IMG/VR virus record: IMGVR_UViG_2925939204_000005
DNA from: a virus
Lineage: Duplodnaviria; Heunggongvirae; Uroviricota; Caudoviricetes
Reading direction: 5' to 3' (one strand)
Length of the DNA: 25,688 nt
Part shown: positions 1 through 8,755 of the stretch, piece after piece
How the letters are laid out: each line of letters starts with the position of its first letter
Position numbering within the stretch: the stretch's first letter is position 1
Translations under genes and position numbers: made by a program
The notes under the pieces: generated by a model
Databases searched by the model: none
Told to the model about the DNA's origin: nothing
What the model saw: only the letters and a program-made list of their open reading frames with translations

Positions 1-19
1 CTGTTTGATAAATATTAAA

Positions 20-1300
20 TTAATTTTTCATTGCTTCGTTATGGGGCATGGTTGGGGCAAACTCGCTTAACTGTGTATTTAACAAAGCTACCTGTGCATT
101 ATTGTTTTCAGACATCCATTTTCCGTATACCTGAAATACCATTTGCGCATCTGCATGGCCCATCTGGTTTGCTATAAATGCCGGGTTAGCACCAGCTGTC
201 AGCGACCAGCAGGCATAAGTATGTCTCGACTGATATGATTTTCGATGGCGGAGTCCGGCACGTTTTATCGCTGCGTCCCACATCTGCCTTATTGAGTCAA
301 CGGTAAAATGGTCACCATAATTTTTTACTCTCGCTGACACTTCAGGTTGAAAAACAAAGGTGCATTTTTGTTTTTCTGTTCTGCCATACTCTCTGAGGTG
401 AACATCAATGATATGCTCTTTGCTCAGTCTCGTTAATGTCATCTGACTCCGGAGAGCGTCGATTGCTGGCTTAATAAGATGAATGACCCGATTGGTTCCC
501 GCCTGTGTTTTTGGTACCGTGAAACGGTCTTTTGCTAAATTTCTCCTGATCATCATTGTTCCATTTTTCAGATCTATGTCCTCCCATCCAAGTGCACACA
601 GCTCACCAGGGCGAACGCCAGTATAAACAGAAACACACCATAAATTTTTGGCTTGCTGATTTCTGCACGCATCGATAAGACGGATGAATTCCTCCCGCGA
701 AAGAGGATCCGGAATGGTTCTTGATTCCTTTAATGGCGAGATCCCCTTAAACGGATTATCTGCCAGGTAACCGTTATCAACACCAAACTGGAACACGGCG
801 TTAAGATTTGTCATGTAATTATTTACAGTTACAGCCGATCTCCCTGGTTGTGTAACAATATAGTTACTTTTGGGGATCTGGTATCCAGTCAGTAGCTCTT
901 TACGAACCTCCAGTAATTTTTCTTTATTAATCGATGAGGCAAGATTTTTTTCACCGATTATGCTCAGGATATTTTTGATGACGGCACGGTATGTGTTGAG
1001 TGATGTTATGGCGACTTCAGTTTCTTTCAGTGCCAGAAATTTTTCAGCCAGTTCTTTTATGGTTAAATCTTGTCGGGCCTCACCAAATTTTTCCAGATTG
1101 CGTGAGGAGGGAAACTGTTTTGCATAGTCGAAAACACCAGTTTTTATTGCGTAACAAACAGAGGAGCGTAGTTCACCTGCAACGCGCCTGTTTTTTGCTG
1201 TGTCAGGAACCCCCAGATTTTCCCTGACTCTTACGCCTTTATAAACAAACCAGATACGTAATTTCCCTCCATGGTTTTCCACGCCTGTCGGATATTTCAT
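20..1300 (-). CDS. Phage integrase, tyrosine recombinase family
   Basis: ORF 20..1315; the C-terminus carries the tyrosine-recombinase signature (RHTYACW ... MGHADAQMVFQVYGKW, His-x-x-Arg plus nucleophile Tyr). The MKYP start at 1300 has a GAGAG/GAAG SD-like sequence upstream, while the ATG at 1315 has none, so 1300 is preferred. Sits at the prophage end with xis next to it. Confidence 0.85.
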   Translation of the reverse strand: MKYPTGVENHGGKLRIWFVYKGVRVRENLGVPDTAKNRRVAGELRSSVCYAIKTGVFDYAKQFPSSRNLEKFGEARQDLTIKELAEKFLALKETEVAITSLNTYRAVIKNILSIIGEKNLASSINKEKLLEVRKELLTGYQIPKSNYIVTQPGRSAVTVNNYMTNLNAVFQFGVDNGYLADNPFKGISPLKESRTIPDPLSREEFIRLIDACRNQQAKNLWCVSVYTGVRPGELCALGWEDIDLKNGTMMIRRNLAKDRFTVPKTQAGTNRVIHLIKPAIDALRSQMTLTRLSKEHIIDVHLREYGRTEKQKCTFVFQPEVSARVKNYGDHFTVDSIRQMWDAAIKRAGLRHRKSYQSRHTYACWSLTAGANPAFIANQMGHADAQMVFQVYGKWMSENNNAQVALLNTQLSEFAPTMPHNEAMKN

Positions 1301-1334
1301 TTCAACTTCTCTCATTAGTTAGTGTGGCTTTTAG

Positions 1335-1586
1335 TCAAGTAAGATGACGTCTTGGTCTCGCTGATGCCTGGCGCTCAATCCAGCGATCAATTTCTTCCAG
1401 GTTGTAAAAGCATGGACTGTTATCCCATGGCATACCGTCATGAGCGACATGCTTATATTCCCTTCCTTCCATAAACGATTTTTCCCGGGCCTTTTTTAAC
1501 GTACCTTTTTTTATTCCTTTCAGCGCAATTAACTGCTCTTCGGATACCCATTTGCCGGGAGAGACAATCATGATTACTTCGCTCAT
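1335..1586 (-). CDS. Putative excisionase / small recombination directionality protein
   Basis: 83-aa ORF immediately upstream of int on the same strand, the classical xis position. Small basic protein; assignment is positional and by size, not by a recognised motif. Confidence 0.5.
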   Translation of the reverse strand: MSEVIMIVSPGKWVSEEQLIALKGIKKGTLKKAREKSFMEGREYKHVAHDGMPWDNSPCFYNLEEIDRWIERQASARPRRHLT

Positions 1587-1658
1587 CGATTTCTTTATCT
1601 CTTACATCAGACGAGCGCCGGTTGCAGAATACCAGTCACAACCGGCGACAGTTGAACA

Positions 1659-4130
1659 TTAAGAATCAGCCTGACTCGGGATCAGTTTTTGCCAGATAAC
1701 TGAAACGTATTTTGCCTGGTAACGGGCGTCATCAAGTGCATTATGGCGCTCACCTTCGAATGGAATAGCCGTTCTGGCATCGAAGTCTATGGCTTTCCCC
1801 AGCTCAACGATTGTGCGTACATCGCGATCGTTGTAGTAACGCCACGGGCAGGGGATCCCCTGCCGTTCGTATGAACGGCGCAAAATCGTGTTGTCGAAGT
1901 TGGCTCCATTTCCCCAAACCTGAACAAAAAATTCACCGGAGTTTTCGTCGATAAATTCCCGTAATTGTAACAGTGCATCATCTAACGGGATTTCATCGGT
2001 CATAATGGCAGATTGCGCTTCGCGTGATTGCTTAAGCCACCATTTAATGGTGTCCCGATCAATGACTCCGCCAGCAGTTTCCAGATCGATAGTCTTACTA
2101 AATTCCGGTCCCATATCTCCGGTTTGCGGATCGAAAAATATTGCACCTATTGAGATGATCGGGGCATCAGGATTTTTTCCCATGGTTTCAAGGTCGATCA
2201 TTAGATGGTCACACGTCCTGCTGGTAGATGTGATTTCGTGATGACCGTTCACCTTAATTGAGTGATCTGCCGTCTCGCCAGTTTCATTATCGCTATTGTG
2301 ATGCTGATTGCCGCCAGTGTTCTCCTTGTGTGGATGTTCAGCGCCTTCCATTTCCTCCGGATCATCTTCCTGAACTTCAACCTGATACTCTTCATCGAAT
2401 GTTTCTTGGTATGTTGCGTCGCCCATCACCGCGCCACAATCAGGGCAGTTGCCGCCGCCGGTCTGACCGCAGGCGGTGCAGACTTTTTCCACTTCCTGTT
2501 GCGCCACTGGTTCAGGCTGTTTCGTTTCTGGCTCGTTTTGTAACGCATTTGTGCTGTTTTGTTCCGCTTTTTGGTAGTTCCGTTCCGATTCATGCTGGTT
2601 CTGGTTCACAGAATCGCGGGTCTGGATCCCCTTAACCCATTTCGGATCATTCGGGTCACTAATCCCTTCAACAAATTCACCACGTGATGCAGCAAGCAAC
2701 TTATCGGCGTCAGGCTGGCTGATATTGGCTGCCTGCATAATTTTGTTTACTTCGTCAGCGGTAACTTTTATCGGCTCTGGTTGTTCTGAATCTTCAGCGG
2801 TATCTACATATTGCGGTAAGCCCGTGTATGTGCCATTTTTTCGGGCAAAATATTCTTCTTTTGTGATTTCAGTGGCGCCAGCAGCCAGTGCCTTATCCAG
2901 ACCAGAAAGTTTGTTTGCGCGACCGTATTTTTCTCCGTCCTTATCTGCGAAGAGGAAATAGAACGGCCCCTCACGCTCTACAGATGGTTCAGCTTCCGGC
3001 GCGGTTTCATTTTTTGGGATATCAGATACCTCAGTTTCCACTGCATCAGTTTGTGTTTCTGATGACTGGAGAACATCAACAGTGCCCAGGTCTGTTTCTT
3101 CATTCTCAAACACGCCCTTTGTCGTCAGGTATTCGCAGATATATTTGTTCAGTGCTATGGGATCTTTGTGAATGTCGATCGGACGCTCACGGACAAGGCC
3201 AAAAATAGTCTGGCGGTCGTAGCGAAGGGCATCAGGCTGTTTGCGCATTGATGCCGAGATACGCTTCCAGTCTTCGCGGTCGTTGTCGATAACTTCTTTT
3301 TTTGCCCAGCGATGGATGCTGCCGTCAATGTTTCCGGCATCCACATCACCAGGCCAGAGAGCGTAGGCCAGTTCGTCATCCAGTGTTTTCCATGTCTGCT
3401 TGTATTCGCGATGAATGGCAGCAATGACCGGGCTGATTTTTCCTGTTGAATTTTCAGTGTACTGTTGATTGGCTCTGGCGCGGGCGAGATCAACAACAGA
3501 CGTGTATTTTCCGGTTTCCTTGCGTTCACCTTCGCGACGTTTTTTCCAGATGCGCATCTCTGCCTGAATTTCGGGCCATTTAGCACCAGGAATACATTTA
3601 TGCTTAACCCACCCAATGGCGTGCAACTTAAGCTCCGGATACATGGCGTTAACTTCTGGCATTTTCATCAACGCTTCAACGATATGTCCGTCGAATGTTG
3701 CCATGTCTTCCTGCAACAATTCCTGTGCGCTAATAACCATATCAACGGTGATGTTTTCACATGTGTCGAACTTAACCATGACAGCGTTCTGTACTTCAGG
3801 GGCCAGCTTGTCAAAAGTGACGTTCATCGGATCGGATTCAGTCTCAACCGGGACAAAAGAAGCAGACTCCTCATCCCAGCGGTTTTCCTGCATATATTCA
3901 GCATCCCATGAATCGAGGGCAGGGCGGGGTATGCCAGGTTTATCCTCGCAGACAATAAATTTATAAGCGCAGTCCTGAGCAGCCGGATAATGTTCCAGGA
4001 ACTGCCAGTGAAATTTTGCTCGAGCACGGCGTTCGTCGCCAGCTTCAATGGCTGTGGCTACAGCCACAGCGCCTTCTTCCCTTGTTGCCAGTTCGTCAGG
4101 AATAGCGGCGCAAATAAAGACTTTACTCAT
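1659..4130 (-). CDS. Large early-left protein (823 aa) with C-terminal DnaQ-like DEDDh 3'-5' exonuclease domain; positional counterpart of YdfE / 'exodeoxyribonuclease VIII-like' proteins of lambdoid prophages
   Basis: C-terminal about 180 aa contain the Exo I (MIDLETMG), Exo II (WGNGANFDNTIL) and Exo III (HNALDDARYQAKY) motifs. Central acidic low-complexity region and a CxxC...CxxC zinc-ribbon-like motif (CTACGQTGGGNCPDCG). Lies between xis and ydfD like ydfE in Qin. Confidence 0.75.
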   Translation of the reverse strand: MSKVFICAAIPDELATREEGAVAVATAIEAGDERRARAKFHWQFLEHYPAAQDCAYKFIVCEDKPGIPRPALDSWDAEYMQENRWDEESASFVPVETESDPMNVTFDKLAPEVQNAVMVKFDTCENITVDMVISAQELLQEDMATFDGHIVEALMKMPEVNAMYPELKLHAIGWVKHKCIPGAKWPEIQAEMRIWKKRREGERKETGKYTSVVDLARARANQQYTENSTGKISPVIAAIHREYKQTWKTLDDELAYALWPGDVDAGNIDGSIHRWAKKEVIDNDREDWKRISASMRKQPDALRYDRQTIFGLVRERPIDIHKDPIALNKYICEYLTTKGVFENEETDLGTVDVLQSSETQTDAVETEVSDIPKNETAPEAEPSVEREGPFYFLFADKDGEKYGRANKLSGLDKALAAGATEITKEEYFARKNGTYTGLPQYVDTAEDSEQPEPIKVTADEVNKIMQAANISQPDADKLLAASRGEFVEGISDPNDPKWVKGIQTRDSVNQNQHESERNYQKAEQNSTNALQNEPETKQPEPVAQQEVEKVCTACGQTGGGNCPDCGAVMGDATYQETFDEEYQVEVQEDDPEEMEGAEHPHKENTGGNQHHNSDNETGETADHSIKVNGHHEITSTSRTCDHLMIDLETMGKNPDAPIISIGAIFFDPQTGDMGPEFSKTIDLETAGGVIDRDTIKWWLKQSREAQSAIMTDEIPLDDALLQLREFIDENSGEFFVQVWGNGANFDNTILRRSYERQGIPCPWRYYNDRDVRTIVELGKAIDFDARTAIPFEGERHNALDDARYQAKYVSVIWQKLIPSQADS

Positions 4131-4223
4131 TTTGTTTTAACCTCATGACAGATTTAAGGATGAACAAATCCCTGCCATTGCTGGCATATAAGAATGAAAC
4201 CGGATATTTATTACGGAACTGTT

Positions 4224-4415
4224 TTAAAGACCTGCCGGGATTTCGATATTATCCTGGTGAATAACTTTATCGACCGGGTAACAGTTACCGGGAATTTTCT
4301 GTTCGGTTGCTGCAGTCATACACTCCTGCATTGTCCTGTGAACACTGACTGCAATATCAACTGGCTCTCCGGAAACAAGAAAAACTGTCAGAACAAGCGC
4401 AAATGCTGAATTCAT
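4224..4415 (-). CDS. ydfD: YdfD-like small lysis/membrane protein (63 aa)
   Basis: Internal Met (MNSAFALVLTVFLVSGEPVD...) of ORF 4224..4469; hydrophobic N-terminus; start overlaps the dicB stop (ATGA), the arrangement of the K-12 dicB operon. Confidence 0.7.
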   Translation of the reverse strand: MNSAFALVLTVFLVSGEPVDIAVSVHRTMQECMTAATEQKIPGNCYPVDKVIHQDNIEIPAGL

Positions 4416-4600
4416 TGTGCACATCCTTTTGGCATCAGACGTAAACGAGCCAGCATTGAAACAATGCATATTTTATTTAATAGCTCCCGTTCTTGTTTTC
4501 TCTTGTTAATGGCATCTTCAGTAAATACAGGGTTACTGATAGTGACACCAATTTCAAAACAACCTTCAGACGTATTAACGTTTGGTAATAACGTTTTCAT
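4412..4600 (-). CDS. dicB: Cell-division inhibitor DicB (62 aa)
   Basis: Internal Met of ORF 4412..4705 gives MKTLLPNVNTSEGCFEIGVTISNPVFTEDAINKRKQERELLNKICIVSMLARLRLMPKGCAQ, which I recognise as DicB; located directly downstream of dicF as in Qin. Confidence 0.85.
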   Translation of the reverse strand: MKTLLPNVNTSEGCFEIGVTISNPVFTEDAINKRKQERELLNKICIVSMLARLRLMPKGCAQ

Positions 4601-4769
4601 TATCGCGTCCTCAACAATGAATTTTGTGATGCAGTGCCTGGTGCCTCCAGGTGACGTTAACCAGTTAACAATTAACGCCGGATACAGAGAATCCACCCAT
4701 AACACTGTTTTTGGTTTTAACTGTTCCGCGTGCGCTTAGCCGCATTCACCGCATCACAAAATTCACTTT

Positions 4770-4827
4770 AAAAACGGCGGCAGAGCAGTCACGGAGTAAA
4801 ACTGATACCGCCAAACGTCACCAGAAA
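4770..4827 (-). ncRNA. dicF: DicF small regulatory RNA (ftsZ-targeting antisense sRNA)
   Basis: Reverse complement of 4770..4827 reads TTTCTGGTGACGTTTGGCGGTATCAGTTTTACTCCGTGACTGCTCTGCCGCCGTTTTT, matching the remembered DicF sequence including the terminal GC-rich hairpin plus U-run; sits between ydfC and dicB. Confidence 0.85.
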
Positions 4828-5167
4828 ATTGATAACAGAGGGCGTTGCAGCGGGGTTGTCACTTAAGCGTATGGTCAACCTGACAACCCGGTGTCCTCAA
4901 CGGGGAAGGAATAACCCCGCCATACTTACCGCCGCGCCATTTCGCGGAGTGCCACAACCGGAAGCGCACGGTCGACGAAAATTTAACGACAGGCTATCTA
5001 TGAACCAGCTACCTCGCCGTGCGCTTTCGCGTTATGGTCTGACTTTTCATGGAAATATCCTTTCAGTAAACTGTCAGTGCCGGATGCTCACCCGTGTCCG
5101 GCGCACGCACTCCACCTCACCCGTGGAGAACTCCTTAATTACCAACCTTAGCTTCGTTGGTTAGCTA

Positions 5168-5386
5168 TTAACGCGGGTATGTAATCATTCTGGCAATGCT
5201 TAATGCCGCTGCTTTTTCCAGCCTGGTGATATCCTGCTCCAGAGCGGACAGATTTTCAGCCTGCTTAGCCCTGGCTTCATTGGCCCATTTCAGATCCTGC
5301 GCTGCATTAATTTTCTGGTGCATCCACTCATAAAGTTCATCATCGGTATAGTCTGGCGCGATGATGACGGGTTCTCGTTTCTGCAT
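5168..5386 (-). CDS. ydfC: YdfC-like small protein (72 aa) of the dicB operon
   Basis: ORF 5168..5386 (MQKREPVIIAPDYTDDELYEWM...); size and position between ydfB and dicF as in Qin. Confidence 0.75.
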   Translation of the reverse strand: MQKREPVIIAPDYTDDELYEWMHQKINAAQDLKWANEARAKQAENLSALEQDITRLEKAAALSIARMITYPR

Positions 5387-5415
5387 ACTGATTCCTCGCG
5401 GTGCTGTTTCGCTTA

Positions 5416-5544
5416 TCAGCCGTTAGATTTTGCCGAACTGGAAAGCGCCTGTTTAAATTCGTTGAAGCTGAGAGCTTCTTCGCCTTCGGCAAGACCTTCG
5501 AAGTATTCTTCGTAAGCCTTTTCCATGATTGTGTCGAAATCCAT
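5416..5544 (-). CDS. ydfB: YdfB-like small acidic protein (42 aa)
   Basis: Hand-translated from the reverse complement (below the ORF-track length cutoff): MDFDTIMEKAYEEYFEGLAEGEEALSFNEFKQALSSSAKSNG, stop TGA at 5416..5418. Start lies 1 nt after the ydfA stop. Confidence 0.6.
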   Translation of the reverse strand: MDFDTIMEKAYEEYFEGLAEGEEALSFNEFKQALSSSAKSNG

Positions 5545-5545
5545 A

Positions 5546-5701
5546 TCACTCACCTGAGTTTCTTTCCAGCCAGCGACGGGCACCATTTTCGGTTTTAAAC
5601 GTTTTGCTTTTGGTATACGTCATCGCGGTGAACGTACCGTCCTGGTTGGGAAACACGCCGTACACCAGAGATTCGTTGTTGCCAAGATCGATAGTATCCA
5701 T
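5546..5701 (-). CDS. ydfA: YdfA-like small protein (51 aa)
   Basis: Internal Met of ORF 5546..5755: MDTIDLGNNESLVYGVFPNQDGTFTAMTYTKSKTFKTENGARRWLERNSGE; first gene downstream of dicA as in Qin. Confidence 0.75.
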   Translation of the reverse strand: MDTIDLGNNESLVYGVFPNQDGTFTAMTYTKSKTFKTENGARRWLERNSGE

Positions 5702-5867
5702 GCTGACCTCATTTCCCCTTAACGCTGGGGTAGCGGAACTGTTTGCTGAGAACACCGTGCGGTGTGTTGATGCAAATAAGATTAGCCATAGCTAACACAT
5801 AGGTCAAGTGATTTTGTATGTTATGGCTAACATGATTGATGTGGTAAAAGATAACTCATTGATGATG

Positions 5868-6275
5868 TTATCTTTTATTTGTCCGCTGACGGGCTTTTAG
5901 TAATTCTTCAAAGAGTTTATTGAAGTTTTTTACTCGAGCTCGCATTTCGGCGAGCTGGGTATCCTGTTCTGATTCTGGCAGTGCATTAAACAGCTCAAGG
6001 AGCTCTAGTTCTTTGGGGGATAAGGCAACTGGCTTCTCAACAGGTGGTGTTGGTTGCTTGTCTTCATCGCCAAATAGAATCCATGTTGGTGAGCATTGCA
6101 ATACTTTGCTGAGGGCAAAAAGGTTCTTCCCTGTAGGTTCACTATCATCCCGTTCCCATTGTGATACAGACACATGGGAGATTTTCAGGGCTTTAGCAAG
6201 AGACCTTTGGGTGTGTTTGAGGTTTTTCCGACGATACCTAATGCGTTCGCCGATAGTTAAATTTTTTGTTTCCAT
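5868..6275 (-). CDS. dicA: HTH-type repressor DicA (Xre/cI-like, 135 aa)
   Basis: ORF 5868..6275 with an N-terminal Xre-type HTH (QRSLAKALKISHVSVSQWERD); sequence recognised as DicA; divergent from the dicC-like gene. Confidence 0.9.
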   Translation of the reverse strand: METKNLTIGERIRYRRKNLKHTQRSLAKALKISHVSVSQWERDDSEPTGKNLFALSKVLQCSPTWILFGDEDKQPTPPVEKPVALSPKELELLELFNALPESEQDTQLAEMRARVKNFNKLFEELLKARQRTNKR

Positions 6276-6358
6276 AGTTAGCTAATGCTAAATCGTATTG
6301 ACTATGTTTTTGTTAACATCTATTTTGTTAGTCATGACTAACAATAAAGGTGTTTTAA
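6276..6358. promoter_or_regulatory. Divergent dicA/dicC promoter-operator region
   Basis: 83-bp intergenic spacer between divergent repressor genes containing a perfect 18-bp palindrome TGTTAGTCATGACTAACA (6326..6343) plus shorter palindromes TGTTAACA (6311..6318) and TTAGCTAA (6278..6285). Confidence 0.6.
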
Positions 6359-6589
6359 ATGCTTAAAACTGACGCTCTTTTGTATTTCGGTTCAAAAACA
6401 AAACTTGCACAAGCAGCAGGTATTCGTTTGGCTTCGCTTTATAGCTGGAAAGGGGATTTAGTTCCCGAAGGTCGCGCGATGCGTCTACAGGAGGCATCTG
6501 GCGGGGAGCTTCAGTATGATCCCAAAGTTTATGATGAATATCGTAAGACGAAGCGGGCGGGGAGGTTGAACAATGAAAATCACTCCTGA
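6359..6589 (+). CDS. dicC: DicC (Cro-like regulator, 76 aa)
   Basis: ORF 6359..6589, divergent from dicA; sequence recognised as DicC. Confidence 0.8.
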   Translation: MLKTDALLYFGSKTKLAQAAGIRLASLYSWKGDLVPEGRAMRLQEASGGELQYDPKVYDEYRKTKRAGRLNNENHS

Positions 6590-7094
6590 ACAGGCTCGTG
6601 AGGCTCTGGATGCCTGGATATGTCGACCAGGAATGACACAGGAGCAGGCGACGATATTAATCACTGAAGCATTCTGGGCTTTGAAAGAGCGCCCGAACAT
6701 CGATGTTCAGCGTGTCACCGATGAAGGTGGCGCGGTTGATCAGCGAGCGCTTGGCGTTAATCGAGTGAAGATATTCGAACGCTGGAAGGCTATCGACACC
6801 AGGGATAAGCGTGAAAAGTTCACGGCGCTAGTGCCTGCGATTATGGAGGCTATCCGGATTAGTGATTTCAGGTTGTATCGTGAGATCAGTGATGGAAAAA
6901 GTATTACGTACATGATCGCCGGGTTAAATAAAGAATATGGCGATGTGGTGGAATCCGGACTGCTTTTTGCAGATCCTGCCGTTGTAGATCGTGAAACTGA
7001 CGAACTTATAGAAAAAGCAATTGCTTTCAAGCTTGCGTATCGACAGCAATACCAACAAAAAGCTGGATGGAATTATGAGTCTTCTTTTTGCTGA
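6573..7094 (+). CDS. Hypothetical early-right protein (173 aa), in the cII/YdaT-like position
   Basis: ORF with GGAGG SD 8 nt upstream; start overlaps the dicC 3' end by 17 nt. No recognised catalytic motif; function unknown. Confidence 0.55.
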   Translation: MKITPEQAREALDAWICRPGMTQEQATILITEAFWALKERPNIDVQRVTDEGGAVDQRALGVNRVKIFERWKAIDTRDKREKFTALVPAIMEAIRISDFRLYREISDGKSITYMIAGLNKEYGDVVESGLLFADPAVVDRETDELIEKAIAFKLAYRQQYQQKAGWNYESSFC

Positions 7095-8040
7095 ACGCCC
7101 ACTGGTTATAAACACGCAGCTGGCAATGAAAATTGGCTTAAACGAAGCCATTGTTTTGCAACAACTGCACTACTGGTTGAGAGATACCAACTCCGGCATG
7201 GAATGTGATGGTGTTCGCTGGATTTATAACACAACGGAACAATGGCTGGAACAGTTCCCATTCTGGTCAGAGTCAACGTTAAAGCGCGCGTTTGCAAGTC
7301 TGAAAACGCTGGGGCTTTTGCGTTGTGAAAAGCTCAATAAATCAAAGCGCGATATGACCAATTTCTACACGATCAACTACGGGAGCGAGCTTTTAGATGG
7401 TGGCAAATTGAGCGAATCCATCGGTTTAAAATGCGCCGCTCCATCAGGTCAAAATGACACGATGGAAGAGGTCAAAATGAAACGCTCCATTGGTTCAAAA
7501 CGACTCAATGTCATCGGGTCAAAATGGCCTGATGATCTTACAGAGAATACAACAGAGATTACTACAGAGAATAAAAAGACTTCTCGTCCGGAAGCTTCGC
7601 AACCGGACCCGCAGACGGTTGAACAGGATTTTTTAACCCGACACCCTGACGCGGTTGTGTTCAGTGCGAAAAAACGCCAGTGGGGCAGCCAGGAAGATTT
7701 GGCGTGTGCGCAGTGGATCTGGGGGCGAATCGTGAGTCTTTACGAGCAGGCCGCCAGCGATGATGGCGAGATTTCGCGACCGAAAGAACCCAACTGGACC
7801 GCATGGGCCAACGACGTGCGCACAATGCGGATGCTGGATGGCAGAACTCACAGACAAATTTGTGAAATGTTTGGTCGGGTGCAGCGGGATCCATTCTGGG
7901 TAAAAAATATCATGAGTCCGTCAAAGCTTCGCGAAAAATGGGATGAACTGGTTATCCGCCTGGGGCGTTCGTCTGTACAGCGTTGTGTGAATCATATTTC
8001 TGAGCCGGATACCGAAATTCCGCCGGGCTTCAGGGGGTAA
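7075..8040 (+). CDS. Phage replication initiation protein (O-like replisome organiser)
   Basis: N-terminus (MSLLFAERPLVINTQLAMKIGLNEAIVLQQLHYWL) resembles the N-terminal domain of phage replisome-organiser proteins. The ORF-track start at 7021 is TTG; the ATG at 7075 is preferred. Position downstream of the cro-like gene. Confidence 0.65.
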   Translation: MSLLFAERPLVINTQLAMKIGLNEAIVLQQLHYWLRDTNSGMECDGVRWIYNTTEQWLEQFPFWSESTLKRAFASLKTLGLLRCEKLNKSKRDMTNFYTINYGSELLDGGKLSESIGLKCAAPSGQNDTMEEVKMKRSIGSKRLNVIGSKWPDDLTENTTEITTENKKTSRPEASQPDPQTVEQDFLTRHPDAVVFSAKKRQWGSQEDLACAQWIWGRIVSLYEQAASDDGEISRPKEPNWTAWANDVRTMRMLDGRTHRQICEMFGRVQRDPFWVKNIMSPSKLREKWDELVIRLGRSSVQRCVNHISEPDTEIPPGFRG

Positions 8041-8080
8041 GTGTTAATTTCTGGTCATGAGGTAATTTTCAGGAGGGCTT

Positions 8081-8503
8081 GTGGCAAAAGTTTTTACACA
8101 AGAAGAGCGGGAAAAAATTAAAGGGCAGGTTGTTGAACTCGTACGCCGGAGTGGGCGTGAGACGTTACGGCAACTGGAAGTCAAGACAGGTGCGACAAGA
8201 TATCTGATGAGCGTTCTCGCAAGAGAGCTGGTTGCCAGCGGCGATGTATACAACTCTGGTTACGGGTTATTCCCGTCTGAACAGGCGCGTAAGGACTGGC
8301 AAAATGCCCGTAAAAAGCTCTCAAGGGCAAAGCTGAAGGAACCATCTGCGGTTGATCCGGACCTTATCTGGTCATTACCTGACGGAGAAATACGTCGCTA
8401 CGACAGGCGTCAGAACATAATCTGTCGCGAGTGCCGGAAGAGTGAAGTTATGCAGCGCATACTAGCATTCTATCAGGGAAATGCTCGATATTTATTGAAG
8501 TGA
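8081..8503 (+). CDS. Hypothetical protein (140 aa)
   Basis: GTG start at 8081 preceded by AGGAGGG SD. Basic protein with a CxxC motif (CRECRK); no helicase-loader signature, so it is not an obvious P/DnaC analogue. Confidence 0.5.
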   Translation: MAKVFTQEEREKIKGQVVELVRRSGRETLRQLEVKTGATRYLMSVLARELVASGDVYNSGYGLFPSEQARKDWQNARKKLSRAKLKEPSAVDPDLIWSLPDGEIRRYDRRQNIICRECRKSEVMQRILAFYQGNARYLLK

Positions 8504-8755
8504 TGAGATTAAAGTTTATTAGTTCAGATATTGATTGGCTCTTTTGTGGAGTAGGGTAGAGTTAGTGTGTTTGTCTGCTTGGTGCCAGCAGCGGATATGT
8601 TTAACAACAGAAAGCATTCAGCATGGTTAGTGGGTTTGCAAAGTGGATTAGGATTTGAGAAACTTTGATGAAGTTGTAAAGCTTGTTTCTATAAAAATAG
8701 AAATTTAACTAATAGTTAAACACACCTCCAGCTTCATTGAAAAGGATTATTAGCT

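Noticed and set aside
870-1227. ORFs 870..1127 and 1000..1227 on the + strand inside the integrase gene
   Set aside because: Fully embedded antisense to a well-supported integrase CDS; no SD; typical shadow ORFs.
1787-3966. Multiple 60-150-aa ORFs on both strands within the 823-aa exonuclease gene
   Set aside because: All lie inside the long, motif-supported CDS and lack expression signals; treated as frame shadows.
4829-5164. 111-aa + strand ORF between dicF and ydfC
   Set aside because: Antisense to the dicB-operon transcript region that is processed to yield DicF; Arg/Pro-rich translation typical of out-of-frame GC-rich DNA; no SD.
5920-6285. 121-aa + strand ORF overlapping dicA
   Set aside because: Antisense shadow of the DicA CDS.
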